DNA of 64,000 bases, from positions 62,001 through 126,000 of IMG/VR virus record IMGVR_UViG_3300024336_000005; one strand, 5' to 3'. The notes under the pieces were generated by a model. It was given only the letters and a program-made list of their open reading frames with translations. It was not told where the DNA came from and made no database searches. Positions 1 to 10,399 of this stretch are shown here, in pieces (position 1 is the stretch's first letter; each line of letters starts with the position of its first letter). The translations under genes and the position numbers were made by a program.

Positions 1-6
1 GACGCC

Positions 7-2724
7 TTGACCGACGAGGAGTGGAAGGCGATGAAGCACGCCCGCTTCGCGGCCATCCAGGAGACGGAGGAAGAGCTGGTCACCCGGATGCGGGCGCAGG
101 AGTACGCCTTCGGGACGAGCGTGAAGATGGCCAAGATCATCTTCAACCTGGAGGTGACCGGGGTGGAGAGCTGGAAGCAGCTGATGCCCTACTACACCGA
201 CGAGAACTTCGATGCTCAAATGGTGAGCATCGACGAGGGGCTGACCAAGTGGGACGCCCTGGAGACCACGAAGAAGGCCGCCAAGAAGGCCCAGAAGGAG
301 CAGGACGTGAAGACCGACATCGAGACCCAGGTGGAGACGGCGATCAACGAGGGAAGCACCCTCACGGCGGAGGAGAAGGCGGAGGTCATGGAGAGCGAGC
401 ACGACGAGAACAATCGGCTCCAGGTGGAGCTGTTCGAGAAGGAGCAGGCCGCCGAGAAGGCGGAGGCGCGGGAGAAGCTCGCCCGCATGCTGCGGGCGGC
501 GTTGGGCCAGGGGTACATCACGAAGGAGGAGATGGCCGGGACGCTGAAGATGGCGGATGAGAAGGCGGTCGCCGAAGAGGTGGTCGAAGTCATGAAGAAG
601 GCGGTCGACCGCCTCAACGAGTTGGCCAACGAGCGCAAGGCGCTCAAGGCCACCAAGACCGACGAGGAGACCTCCATGGAGGAGCAGATGCGCTGCATCC
701 CCCGAGACCAGAAGAAGAACTTCTGGCACGCCGTGTGGACGGCGCTGCCGGAGGGCAGCGCGAAGGAGCAGGCCAAGAGGGTCCGCTCCGGGGTGAAGCG
801 GAACGGCAGCCTGGGCGTCAAGCCCACCGCTGCCACCATGGTGGAGATCCAGAAGCTGGGGGCCGATTGGGTCACCAGCACCATCAAGAACCTGGGCGTC
901 AAGACGACGCCCGTGAAGAAGGAGGCCCCCGTGGCCAAGCCCATCGAGACCGAGACCGTGACCACCCCCGTGATGGAGGAGAAGAAGATGAAGACGGCGA
1001 TCGAAAAGGCGATGGAGAAGACGGAGATGAAGGAAGAGGCCCCCACCGTGGAGGTGGCGATCAAGGAGGAGGCGGGCAGCACCGCCCGGCTGAACCAGAT
1101 GCTGGCCGAAAAGGTGGAGACGCTGGAGGAGCTCAGGGAGCTGGCCAAGGAGGCCGGACACGGCCGCATCGAGGCCAAGGCCTCGGCGGCGCTGCTGGCG
1201 GCGGAGCTCAAGATCGCCAAGGAGGCGCTCAACGAGGAGGGCACCGTGGGTGAGCCCACGGTCGAGTGCAAGGCGGGTCCCACCGTCGAGGCGGGTGAGC
1301 CCTGCCCGGTGGAGCCCAAGACCGATGAGCCCGAGATGGGCCGCATCGAGAAGGTCAGGCTGTGGTGGAAGGAGGCCGACTTCCTCGCCATGGCCAAGGA
1401 CTACAAGGAGCGGGCCATGAAGAAGGCCATGTGCCACCGGGAGCGGGTGGCGACGACCATGAAGCAGGACCGCAAGACCTACGAGGTCGCGGTGATGGGC
1501 TTCGAGCAGGCGCGCATCGCGGTTCACGCGGACAAGCACGTCCTGCTGCTGGGCCTGCTGGTCCGCAAGGGGAAGGCCGGCAAGCTGGCCCTCAAGTACA
1601 ACGAGGGCGACCTCGCCCTCAACATCACCGATGAGGAGAAGGCCGCACTGGCCAAGACCCTCTTGGGGATGACGAAGGACGACGCCAACGGCGCCTCCCA
1701 CGCCCTGCCGGGCATCAGCCTCTCCAAGGTGAACCGCGAGGAGATCGCGGCCAAGTGGGTGGAGAAGGCCATCGCGGGCTGGGAGAAGCTCGACATCGGC
1801 AAGAAGGCGTACATCCTCTGCCAGATGGAGGGGCGCACCAGCGTCTCCGTGGGGATGTTCAAGCCCGTGCGGACCGTGTACAACGCCCTGCGTGGTGGAG
1901 CGGTGTGGACCTGGGACCACTCGGGTGGTTGGGTGCTCTCCAAGGTGGACACGATCCGCCTGAAGCGGATCGTCAAGGGGCAGACCAGCCTGGCCAAGAA
2001 GATGATCGAGACGTCCGATAAGGGGGAGCTCGAGAAGATCTGGCGCGAGCTGGTCAAGGTCGGATGCAGCGCGAAGCTGCTGGCGAAGGGAATGACCGAG
2101 GAGGAGTCGGACGCCCTGTTGACCGATGAGGACGCCGAGGCGATCAACAACGCCGTGCTTCACCTGGAGGAGATCCTCGGTGAGGACCGCGTCGAGGTGA
2201 TCGGGGATGAGGTCACGGCCGCCATGGCTGACCGCATCCCGGCGTACCGCCTGGACAAGCACTTGGTCCGTGGGGCCAAGTGGAGCTACAAGCAGACCAT
2301 CGGTCGAGTGATCGGTTGGGTCAAGAAGGATGAGGCCGTGGTGGCCGAGTCCAACGAGGTGAAGGCCGATGAGGTCGCGAAGGAGGACAGCGTGAGCTGG
2401 TACCGTTTGGACAAGAAGGTCGTGGCGTGGAACGATAACCGCAAGGCCAAGAAGGCCGAGAAGGTCGCCGCGAAGGAGGCCGCGAAGGTGGAGAAGGTGG
2501 AGGCGCCGAAGGCGGCGTGGTACCGCATCGACCGCCACGTCGTGCGGGCGGCGCGGGCCGTGTGGGGTGGTGCCGTGAAGGCGAAGAACGCCGTGGTCAA
2601 GGCGTGGGGCTGGGTGACCGGCCTCTTCGGGAAGAAGGAGGAGGTCTCGACGGCCAACCCCTTCACCCCGGCCGCTGAGGCGGTCGTGACCGAGGCCACC
2701 GAGGCCACCCCCGCCACCAACTAG
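7..2724 (+). CDS. large hypothetical protein (5' end probably outside window), Lys/Glu/Ala-rich coiled-coil with C-terminal repeats
   Basis: 905-codon ORF with strong GC3 codon bias; no recognisable catalytic motif. Confidence 0.85.
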   Translation: MTDEEWKAMKHARFAAIQETEEELVTRMRAQEYAFGTSVKMAKIIFNLEVTGVESWKQLMPYYTDENFDAQMVSIDEGLTKWDALETTKKAAKKAQKEQDVKTDIETQVETAINEGSTLTAEEKAEVMESEHDENNRLQVELFEKEQAAEKAEAREKLARMLRAALGQGYITKEEMAGTLKMADEKAVAEEVVEVMKKAVDRLNELANERKALKATKTDEETSMEEQMRCIPRDQKKNFWHAVWTALPEGSAKEQAKRVRSGVKRNGSLGVKPTAATMVEIQKLGADWVTSTIKNLGVKTTPVKKEAPVAKPIETETVTTPVMEEKKMKTAIEKAMEKTEMKEEAPTVEVAIKEEAGSTARLNQMLAEKVETLEELRELAKEAGHGRIEAKASAALLAAELKIAKEALNEEGTVGEPTVECKAGPTVEAGEPCPVEPKTDEPEMGRIEKVRLWWKEADFLAMAKDYKERAMKKAMCHRERVATTMKQDRKTYEVAVMGFEQARIAVHADKHVLLLGLLVRKGKAGKLALKYNEGDLALNITDEEKAALAKTLLGMTKDDANGASHALPGISLSKVNREEIAAKWVEKAIAGWEKLDIGKKAYILCQMEGRTSVSVGMFKPVRTVYNALRGGAVWTWDHSGGWVLSKVDTIRLKRIVKGQTSLAKKMIETSDKGELEKIWRELVKVGCSAKLLAKGMTEEESDALLTDEDAEAINNAVLHLEEILGEDRVEVIGDEVTAAMADRIPAYRLDKHLVRGAKWSYKQTIGRVIGWVKKDEAVVAESNEVKADEVAKEDSVSWYRLDKKVVAWNDNRKAKKAEKVAAKEAAKVEKVEAPKAAWYRIDRHVVRAARAVWGGAVKAKNAVVKAWGWVTGLFGKKEEVSTANPFTPAAEAVVTEATEATPATN

Positions 2725-3109
2725 TTCCTATGGCGGACTGACTGCCATCCCTAGCGGGTAAAACGTCAGAGCCTGAATAGGGCAAATACTATTCAAACGG
2801 TTTCAAGCCCGTAACGAAAAGCAACTTGCCATGCCATCCCAAGCATGGAGTAAGCCCCGCCGATACTATGAATGGGAACATAGTAGCTACACCTAGCATG
2901 CACATAAGAGTGTGCTTATCCTCATGATTAGGGCTTCTCCCTCTTTCATTTGGACTTGCATATCACTCTTGCTGTTGTATTGCTAAAGGTGGGCTTGGTG
3001 TCTTTGGGCTAAACTGGATAATTGTTTTTTTTGGTTTCACGACCAGGGGGATATAGACCTCTCAGGGATGTTCTTGAGGGGTGTACGAACCCTGGTCTTT
3101 AAGGGATGA

Positions 3110-3418
3110 ATGATGAATTGGTTGCGTGAGAAGTTGAGTCAGGTGTGGAACTGGGTCAAGAAAGAGAATGATAAGTTCGTGGAGAGCATGGTGTGGCTGG
3201 GTGGCAGCGTGGCGGTTGGTGCGGGGAGTGCGGTGGTTGGCGTTCTGTCGGCCTGCGTGGTGATGAGCACCGGAGTCGGCGCGTTGATCTCGGCTGGTGC
3301 CATCTGGTACATCTGGGGTGCCGTGGATGCCCTGATCTTCCTGAGCATCGTGGTGGTTGGTTCGATGATTGAAAAGCTTACCTCCAACTGGTGGAACAAG
3401 CGCAAGGAGAACAAGTAA
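3110..3418 (+). CDS. hypothetical membrane protein, Gly/Ala/Val-rich
   Basis: hydrophobic ORF; stop abuts next start. Confidence 0.8.
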   Translation: MMNWLREKLSQVWNWVKKENDKFVESMVWLGGSVAVGAGSAVVGVLSACVVMSTGVGALISAGAIWYIWGAVDALIFLSIVVVGSMIEKLTSNWWNKRKENK

Positions 3419-4405
3419 ATGGAATGGTTGAAGACTCAGTGGGCCAGCCTTAAGGGCTGGCTTGGTGAGAAGAGCGAGAAGGTTGGAGGTCCCGCCGAGA
3501 AGCGGAACCTCCTGGGCGTGTGCATGGACATCGGTGGTGGAATCGTTTGTGCTCCTTTCAAGGTTGTGGGTGCGACTTGGCAGTTCGCCAAGCTCGTGTT
3601 CAACGACCCAACTGAGGGTATGAGGTACCTCCGCTTCCAGTGGGCTCGTGGTACCACTGCGTTCTTCGCTCTGGGCGGTGTCAAGCGCACCGTGCACGTG
3701 GACCGCGACGGTGAGTCTTACGTTCGGTGGGAAGGTCTAAACCGCGCCGTCATCTTCGGATACATCACCTTCATCATCTGGTGTTTTGTCCCGACTGCCA
3801 TCCAGTTGGGCTACGTCGGTGTGGCGAAGGGGCTCTTCTTCGGTCCGATGGGCATCTGGGCGGCGACTGGTGTCCGTGGGTGCCTCCGCGCCTGGAAGGC
3901 CTTCAAGTGGGAGACCTGGGCGACCCGCGACAAGGCGGATCAGCTGAACGCTGAGAGCGCTGGCATCCAGGACCAGGTGGAGGCCAATCAGCGTCTGAAC
4001 CAGGCCAAGCAGACTGCTGCTGCTCGCCAGGGGCAGATCGAGCAGGCTGCGCTGGAGAGCCACGCCCTGTTGGCTCAGAGCAACGAGCGCATGCTTGCAC
4101 TGGAGGCTGAGCTCCGGCGGGTGGCCGATGAGCGTGACAGCTTGAAGGCTCAGGCTGCTGAGCTGCCCGAGCTCACCTACGCCCATGATGGGAGCTTCAC
4201 CGATAACACGTTGCTGCGTGTGACCGGTGGTGCGGTGAACCCCATCTTGGGGAACGACCCTGAGCCTGAGGTGCCTGAGCCCAAGGCTCTGACGGAGGAC
4301 GAGGACGTCAGGGATACGGAGCTGATCCCCGACGAGAAGCCCCGCAAGGATGAGACCGGCGCACTCCTGTTGGGCGCGTCGTTCGGAAACCTGTTGGAGG
4401 AGTAA
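3419..4405 (+). CDS. hypothetical membrane protein with coiled coil
   Basis: ORF with hydrophobic segments followed by heptad-like QAKQ/LEAEL region. Confidence 0.85.
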   Translation: MEWLKTQWASLKGWLGEKSEKVGGPAEKRNLLGVCMDIGGGIVCAPFKVVGATWQFAKLVFNDPTEGMRYLRFQWARGTTAFFALGGVKRTVHVDRDGESYVRWEGLNRAVIFGYITFIIWCFVPTAIQLGYVGVAKGLFFGPMGIWAATGVRGCLRAWKAFKWETWATRDKADQLNAESAGIQDQVEANQRLNQAKQTAAARQGQIEQAALESHALLAQSNERMLALEAELRRVADERDSLKAQAAELPELTYAHDGSFTDNTLLRVTGGAVNPILGNDPEPEVPEPKALTEDEDVRDTELIPDEKPRKDETGALLLGASFGNLLEE

Positions 4406-4407
4406 GT

Positions 4408-4845
4408 ATGTTCGGTATGTTTGACAAGTTGGTCGGCTGGATCAAGGAGGGAGTCAAGACGACTCTCGACTGGTTCTCCAGTCTGACCGGGCGGCAGCGG
4501 CTTTACGCCGTTGCTGGGGTTGTAGTGGTGGGAGGAGCTGCCTGGGCGGGCGGCTTCTTGATGCAGGCCATGGCGGCGGCGCTGTTGATCAACGTTCTGA
4601 TGTGGATGTTGATCACCGAGAGCGGGTGGGCCATGCAGGTCCTGCGGCGTTGGGGCGGTAAGATTGATGCGATCTTGACGATCTGCAGCATCTTCTTCAG
4701 TCCGGCAACGGGCGTCCTCGCGTGGTTGGCTGGCGCCATGTTTGGTGCCATCTTCTCGATCTTCCGGAACTTGATTGTTCCGGTGGTCGAGGTTGTCAAG
4801 GATGCCACTGATGTGGCTGTTGTGGAGGTGCCCGTTGCGGCATAG
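4408..4845 (+). CDS. hypothetical multi-pass membrane protein
   Basis: several hydrophobic stretches; coupled to upstream gene. Confidence 0.8.
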   Translation: MFGMFDKLVGWIKEGVKTTLDWFSSLTGRQRLYAVAGVVVVGGAAWAGGFLMQAMAAALLINVLMWMLITESGWAMQVLRRWGGKIDAILTICSIFFSPATGVLAWLAGAMFGAIFSIFRNLIVPVVEVVKDATDVAVVEVPVAA

Positions 4846-4870
4846 TACGATTCGAGATGCGGCCAACTGG

Positions 4871-5221
4871 ATGAAGGCCGTTTATGACAAGGGGTACCAG
4901 TCCGGTGCCCCCACCCACGTTGGCAAGATGGGCATCGGCGGAGCCATCCGCTGGGGCTTCAGGCTCCTCGGTTGCGCGACCGTGGGGGCGAGCATCGCCC
5001 TCCTGGCCACCCCCTGGGCCTTGGGCTGGACGTGGATCGAGGCCATCGCGGGGTGTGGCTTCGGATTGGGCTTGGCGCGGCAGTTCTTGACCATCAACGA
5101 CACGTTGAACATGGTCGAGAGCACGTTCCATCTGTTGTGGGGCAAGCTCAAGGGCAACTCCTTTGAGACCACCTTCAACATGATGTCCGTCACCGGCGCA
5201 CCCGCCCCTCAGGCTGCCTAG
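4871..5221 (+). CDS. hypothetical membrane protein
   Basis: start moved to ATG at 4871; Gly-rich hydrophobic segments. Confidence 0.7.
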   Translation: MKAVYDKGYQSGAPTHVGKMGIGGAIRWGFRLLGCATVGASIALLATPWALGWTWIEAIAGCGFGLGLARQFLTINDTLNMVESTFHLLWGKLKGNSFETTFNMMSVTGAPAPQAA

Positions 5222-5367
5222 TCTAGGGGCTTTCTAGGCGAGTAGCTAGAATACGCTAGCCATTCGTACCGTTGAGTATTTCCAAGAAGCCCCTTGGGGG
5301 CTTGACTCTCGGGTTGATTCTTAGGATGAGCCCGGCTTGATTAAGCCTCTTAGGGCTTTTTGGACCA

Positions 5368-6021
5368 ATGAAGGAGAATGATATGTCGACTCGTAACAAG
5401 GTCATGCGTGACCTCTACAGCAACATCACCAAGATCTGCGCAGGATGGGGTGAGCCCTCCCTTGAGGGTATCACCATGCGCTCCATGAAGATGGGGAGGA
5501 TTGAGTGTGACGTGACGGCCGATGGCCGTCAGACTAACTGGAGGACCATGTGCCTCCGATGTGGGGGCACCGGTGTGCTCACGCAGCAGTGGGCCATCAA
5601 GAACCAGCACACCCATAAGGGCAACTTGGATTGCTTCTCGGGTTGCCAGCAGGGGTGGTTCCGTCTTCCCTCCCCTGGTCAGTACCAGCGGGCCATCATG
5701 GTGTGGATGGTGGACAAGATCGCTGCAGGTAAGCAGGAGGAGGTGGTGAGAGTTGCCACCAGTGAGGTGCACTTCTTGGATCACATCTGGGGAGACGCGC
5801 GGCCCGAGGGTACCTATGAGTACCAGATGTTCACGTGGTGGGACACCGTCATGGTGATCTTGGGGAACGATGGTGGGCTGGAGCGGCTCAAGGAGGGACT
5901 GCGCAAGAACAAGGCCGATGTGATGTGGTCCCGATGGAAGCGGCGCTCCAACTTGTTGGAGTGGGAGCGCTACGGGTACACCCCGGAGATGATCGCCTTC
6001 CTGCAGGACATGTGCAGCTGA
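5368..6021 (+). CDS. hypothetical protein with CxxC motif
   Basis: ORF with RBS (aaggag); CLRCGG. Confidence 0.8.
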   Translation: MKENDMSTRNKVMRDLYSNITKICAGWGEPSLEGITMRSMKMGRIECDVTADGRQTNWRTMCLRCGGTGVLTQQWAIKNQHTHKGNLDCFSGCQQGWFRLPSPGQYQRAIMVWMVDKIAAGKQEEVVRVATSEVHFLDHIWGDARPEGTYEYQMFTWWDTVMVILGNDGGLERLKEGLRKNKADVMWSRWKRRSNLLEWERYGYTPEMIAFLQDMCS

Positions 6022-6609
6022 GGGAGGAGAAAGGAGGAGGTCTAGGTGAGGACAGGGTGATAAGTGTGAGACTTCTCTGTATGACCTATGATGGCGTCCT
6101 AACGGCCGCTGTTGCTGGGGTGACAGCGGGAGGAGTCTTAGCAGCTTTGAGTGCAGACATCCTAAGGTGGGGCATAGAGGAGGAGGGAGGACAACTCTGC
6201 TCGTTTATGATTGTCTTTGCCCTCATCCAACCCTGGACAGGAGATCTAAACGAAAGAGCCACCTCTCGGGTGGCTCGGGACTCCATCTGTGCACAAAGGA
6301 GAGTAGCGTCCCTCGTTGATCAACACTCGCAGAGAATATCATACTTTGGTCTAATCTGCAAGCGTTTGGTCATATAATAGAGTATACCTCTCGTTACCTG
6401 CTTCAACTCGAAGGGCGTGACCTTCTTCGTTTCCGCTGAGGACTCACGCTATACTCTATTATAATGACTTAAGCAATCTCTAATTAGGGGTATTTGAAAT
6501 GATCTTTTCTACTGGACCACCAACATACTTCCCTCCTGGTTAATATGGGGTGAGGTAGTGATAGAAAAGGCCTCGCACGTAGGCGAGGCTAAATAGTTCC
6601 AATGTAAGG

Positions 6610-6716
6610 AACCACTAGGTACAAGGCTTTAGCCAACCAAGTGCAAGGCTTCTGGCCAGCCACTAGGTATGTACCATCAGGCCAGTATGTACATATTAGC
6701 CAACCAAGTATGTACC
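6610..6716. repeat. mosaic of short direct repeats
   Basis: CCACTAGGTA x2, TAGCCAACCAAGT x2, GTATGTAC x3, CAAGGCT x2 in an intergenic gap. Confidence 0.7.
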
Positions 6717-6733
6717 TGTAGAACAAGGGGTGA

Positions 6734-7057
6734 ATGATGATTCTGTCTTGGGATAAGATCTACTGTGGTGAGGAAGTCACTGTAGGGTGTGATGGGGAGT
6801 GTGATAAGGCATTCGGACGATGTAGTCGTCCTACTGCCTCTTGTGGTCTTCGAGAGGATGACTTGGAGTACCTCTCTGACGGGGAGCTGGGTGTTGCGGC
6901 GCGGTGCCCTGGCACCTGGGAAGGTGCCGACGGGAAGCCTCGTACTCCTTCCGAGTGTGGTAATCGCTGGTGTGTCCGCCAGTGTGAGCGTGCTGAAATG
7001 GTGGACCGAGGTCAGGAGCTGGTGCTTCCTGACTTCTCGAAGAGGAGGAAGCTGTGA
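6734..7057 (+). CDS. Cys-rich hypothetical phage protein
   Basis: ORF; CDGECDKA, NRWCVRQCER. Confidence 0.75.
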   Translation: MMILSWDKIYCGEEVTVGCDGECDKAFGRCSRPTASCGLREDDLEYLSDGELGVAARCPGTWEGADGKPRTPSECGNRWCVRQCERAEMVDRGQELVLPDFSKRRKL

Positions 7058-7467
7058 GCAGGGACCCTGGTTCTTTTGAGGTGCTTAGGTCAGACTATCG
7101 GTACAAGGGTGGCTTGAAGTGTCCGGCTTGTGGGAAGCATAGCGTTGCAATGGCCCATGGAGTTTCGGAGTCGTGTGGTTCTGTGTCGTGGGTTGCTTGG
7201 GGCAACGAGCTTGAGGTCACAAGGGCTCCTGCTCCTAGTGTGCACTCTGAGGAGCTGTTAGCTCTTAGCAAGGTGTTGCAACGGGTGGAGGCTCGGCTTG
7301 AGGCCGAGCTGGATCGACAGCGTGCTGGTGTTGTTGCTGAGGGTGATGATGTTTTCACTACTCCCAGTGAGTGTGTTGAACTTGGTTATGATTGTGCGGC
7401 GGTGGTGATGAAGGACGTGTTTCGTGTCTTTCAGAAGAGGATCATTGGCATCAAGGAGAGCATCTGA
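7054..7467 (+). CDS. hypothetical protein, Zn-ribbon
   Basis: 4-bp overlap with upstream gene; CPACG. Confidence 0.75.
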   Translation: MSRDPGSFEVLRSDYRYKGGLKCPACGKHSVAMAHGVSESCGSVSWVAWGNELEVTRAPAPSVHSEELLALSKVLQRVEARLEAELDRQRAGVVAEGDDVFTTPSECVELGYDCAAVVMKDVFRVFQKRIIGIKESI

Positions 7468-7501
7468 TGGGCATCTGCTTCTACCTTGAGACGAATGCCT
7501 G

Positions 7502-7909
7502 GTGGCCCCGATGAAGCACTACAGTGGTTGTGATGGTGGCAGGACATTCAAGTGTCCTGCCTGTGATCAGGAGGAGATGAAGGTGAAGGTTAGCGAGTGT
7601 GTTTGCGGCGCGGTGGTCCTTGGTGGACCGGACTGCTTCTGTCATGGAAGTCAGTGTGAGTGTGAGCGCTGTCTGGAGGCTGATGAGCAGCGTATGCTCG
7701 ACGAAGAGAACATCGACGAAAGTGAGGTTCCCATGAGCAAGAACGATTGCAAGCATGACTACCGAGTGGGCATCGCCTTGGGCCGTGTCGTTGAGGTGCA
7801 TGAGCGTGGTCACTGCTTGACCAACACCGGAGAGGACCTGATGAAGGTGCTGAAGTGCCGCAAGTGTGGTCACTCGGTTGGCAGGAAGTCCTGGTGGTTG
7901 AACCGATGA
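7502..7909 (+). CDS. Cys-rich hypothetical protein
   Basis: ORF in co-directional array. Confidence 0.7.
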   Translation: MAPMKHYSGCDGGRTFKCPACDQEEMKVKVSECVCGAVVLGGPDCFCHGSQCECERCLEADEQRMLDEENIDESEVPMSKNDCKHDYRVGIALGRVVEVHERGHCLTNTGEDLMKVLKCRKCGHSVGRKSWWLNR

Positions 7910-8268
7910 GGAAGATCTGTCGCAACTGTTACTCGATCTGTGGCCGCTGCGCTCGTTGTGAGCGCTTGCGGCTGATGAAGTTGACCAAGAGGAAGATCAA
8001 GAAGAACTCCGAGAAGAGCTCTCGGGTTAAGGAGTTGGGGTGTGGTTGGTCCTTCTCGTTGAAGGACCCGCTCTACTTCAAGGAGGAGGATGAACAGGGG
8101 GAGTTGATGGAGTTCAGCTTCCCCAGGGAGTTCGAGGTGAGCTGCGTCGGGCTGGAGGACGTGGATGTTTTGGCGGCGGCCCTCGATGGCTGCAACGGTG
8201 AGCTCAGCATCGCCGAGGAAGCGGCGGTCTGGGAGTACCGGATCGTCAGCTTGGATGAGGTGGCATGA
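7906..8268 (+). CDS. hypothetical protein
   Basis: ATGA overlap at 7906; start corrected from ORF track. Confidence 0.7.
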   Translation: MRKICRNCYSICGRCARCERLRLMKLTKRKIKKNSEKSSRVKELGCGWSFSLKDPLYFKEEDEQGELMEFSFPREFEVSCVGLEDVDVLAAALDGCNGELSIAEEAAVWEYRIVSLDEVA

Positions 8269-8834
8269 CTGTCTTCACTCGTCGTAGTGTCCACTGGAGT
8301 GGGAAGAGCACGCCTATCGAGGAGCTGCTTAGCTTCGAGATGGACAAGAATGATGGCCGTTTCACTGATGCTGAGAGGAGGAGGATTAAGCTTCTTCAGC
8401 GAGACAAGAAGTGCACCATCTGTGGCTTGGTTCCGACTAAGGCGCTGAATGTGCACTGGGGGCACTCCCATGGTGGCACCAGTCTGCATCTCTTTGGAGA
8501 TGTGAACGGGCGGCTGGAGTGCTTCAACGTAGATCACATCATCCCTAAGGCCTGCGGTGGCAACAACTCCTTCTTCAACTTGCAGCTCACTTGTGAGAGG
8601 TGCAACAGTGAGAAGGGGAACAACTTTGACATGGAGATGGTGCATCCTGAGCGGCTGAAGAGTGGAAGCACTCGACGGGCACACAACGTTCTGGTGCTTC
8701 GACAGAGAGATGAGTTGGCGAAGCAGGTCGCTTCGTTGACTGAGCAGTTGAAAGAGGCCCGTCGGCCTCAAACGTTCCGAGAGGTCCTGGAGAATAAGCT
8801 CCGCCGCCTCATCCCCACTGGTTACTGGAGTTAA
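8265..8834 (+). CDS. HNH endonuclease
   Basis: CTICG...VDHIIPKACGGNNSFFNLQLTCERCNSEKG HNH motif. Confidence 0.85.
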   Translation: MTVFTRRSVHWSGKSTPIEELLSFEMDKNDGRFTDAERRRIKLLQRDKKCTICGLVPTKALNVHWGHSHGGTSLHLFGDVNGRLECFNVDHIIPKACGGNNSFFNLQLTCERCNSEKGNNFDMEMVHPERLKSGSTRRAHNVLVLRQRDELAKQVASLTEQLKEARRPQTFREVLENKLRRLIPTGYWS

Positions 8835-8837
8835 GGA

Positions 8838-9668
8838 ATGCGCATTCGTACTGATCTGTTCTTCGCTTCGAAGGTTGAGTTCAATTTGTTCTGGATTGGA
8901 GACAGTGGGTTCTCCTGTGGGGGTGACACCTTGCGGAAGATCTTCGGCCTCAGCGCTACTGGTTGCGGTGAGTCCGCCCACTGGGAGATGGTCTCCTCGA
9001 AGGGAGCAATGGCACAGTTCACGCTGGGTGTCTGCAAGGGTTGCCTGAACAAGGCGGCACCTCAGGCCGAGACCCGCTACTGGGCGGCTGATATCATCAG
9101 TGCCGTGTGGCACCCCAATCATCGGGATGTGGCCTGTGAGGAGCCCGGTTGTGAGGAGACGATCTCCTACAACAGCAAGGCACATGGCAATGTGTGTGCC
9201 TTGCATGGATGCAAGTACATCCATGGGTATCTGAAGGAGATGTACATCGAGAAGGACTTCCTCGAGACGGAGAAGGAGCTGAAGTTGATCTGGGCAATGT
9301 TCCCGGAGAGTCGTCCTCAATACATCGAGGTCAAGAGCGACCGAGATGTGAGGGACTACATGCTGGTCCATGAGGGTGGCATGGAAGAGACCATCATGGT
9401 GGCTGCCAAGCGGTTGCTCAGCAACCCCGATGATCTGGCACACCACTTCCCTCCCTACCGGGAGCTCCGGGAGCTGGGTCGGACGTGCCTCTTACCGTTG
9501 CACCATCCTCGGGTGGTGTACTTGCAGCGACAGTGCGCCCCGGTCTTGGCGGCCATCCAGAGTGGTGACTTCAAGAGCTTGGCTGGGTTCATTCATGAGC
9601 CTCCCGTTGAGGTGGAGTTCTCCACCTTCGCGGCCTTCAACCCTGCTGATGTCATGGAGATGAAGTAA
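8838..9668 (+). CDS. hypothetical protein, Cys-rich
   Basis: ORF in array. Confidence 0.8.
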   Translation: MRIRTDLFFASKVEFNLFWIGDSGFSCGGDTLRKIFGLSATGCGESAHWEMVSSKGAMAQFTLGVCKGCLNKAAPQAETRYWAADIISAVWHPNHRDVACEEPGCEETISYNSKAHGNVCALHGCKYIHGYLKEMYIEKDFLETEKELKLIWAMFPESRPQYIEVKSDRDVRDYMLVHEGGMEETIMVAAKRLLSNPDDLAHHFPPYRELRELGRTCLLPLHHPRVVYLQRQCAPVLAAIQSGDFKSLAGFIHEPPVEVEFSTFAAFNPADVMEMK

Positions 9669-9669
9669 T

Positions 9670-10170
9670 ATGACCATCGAAGATATCATCCTTGAGAAGG
9701 AGTGGCTCATCAAGACGATGGGCCTGTGTCCTTCCTCAATGCTGACCCTCAAGGAGCTGCAGGCCATCCATGCAGGCCCCCTGGACGAACTCATGAACCA
9801 TGAGAAGGAGTGTGAGAAGCTCGAAGAGCAGGAGGTGGTTGCTGCGGCGGAGCCGGAATGGACGCCCAGTGGGGAGGTGAAGTCCTTCCACGCCCTGTGG
9901 GATTTCTGGGAGATGCCTGAGCACATTATTGAGGGGTGGGAGGATGCTCTCATCTGCCTCCTTCACTGGAAGGAGAGCTTCACTGAATATGGCACTCACA
10001 TGCAGTTGAGGTACGATGTGGGCCAGGATTATTGGAGCACCTCTACTGGAGTGAAGAACAAATCCTGGCGGGTTCGACTCCTTGACCCTGAGGTGGAGTG
10101 GCATTCGGCAGTGAAGGAGGTAGAGGCCGTCTTGGCTTGGTTGGCTGAGAGGGAGCTGATCTCCTTCTAG
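9670..10170 (+). CDS. hypothetical protein
   Basis: ORF in array. Confidence 0.8.
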   Translation: MTIEDIILEKEWLIKTMGLCPSSMLTLKELQAIHAGPLDELMNHEKECEKLEEQEVVAAAEPEWTPSGEVKSFHALWDFWEMPEHIIEGWEDALICLLHWKESFTEYGTHMQLRYDVGQDYWSTSTGVKNKSWRVRLLDPEVEWHSAVKEVEAVLAWLAERELISF

Positions 10171-10399
10171 GAGCTACATACTTAGGCCTCACCACGAATG
10201 TGGTGGGGTCAATAGGATGTAGGTCCGTTGTTCTGGCCCTCTTCCCTTGGAGCCGGCGGAGCCGGCTGTGTTTACTTTGGATAGTTCTGTGAATGTTAGG
10301 AGGACGTGATTGCTGATAGTTGGATGTTCCTGTTCGTTCCCCTGGAAGTGTAAACTTAGCACACCTCTTGAGGAGATGTGCTCAGGGGCTCAGGCCACT

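Noticed and set aside
2725-3060. Hammerhead or other ribozyme after the first gene; also hairpin-rich gaps 17940-18190, 28728-28890, 29229-29345
   Set aside because: Hairpins are present but no CUGANGA/GAAA core, repeat partner or covariation evidence, so no feature was called.
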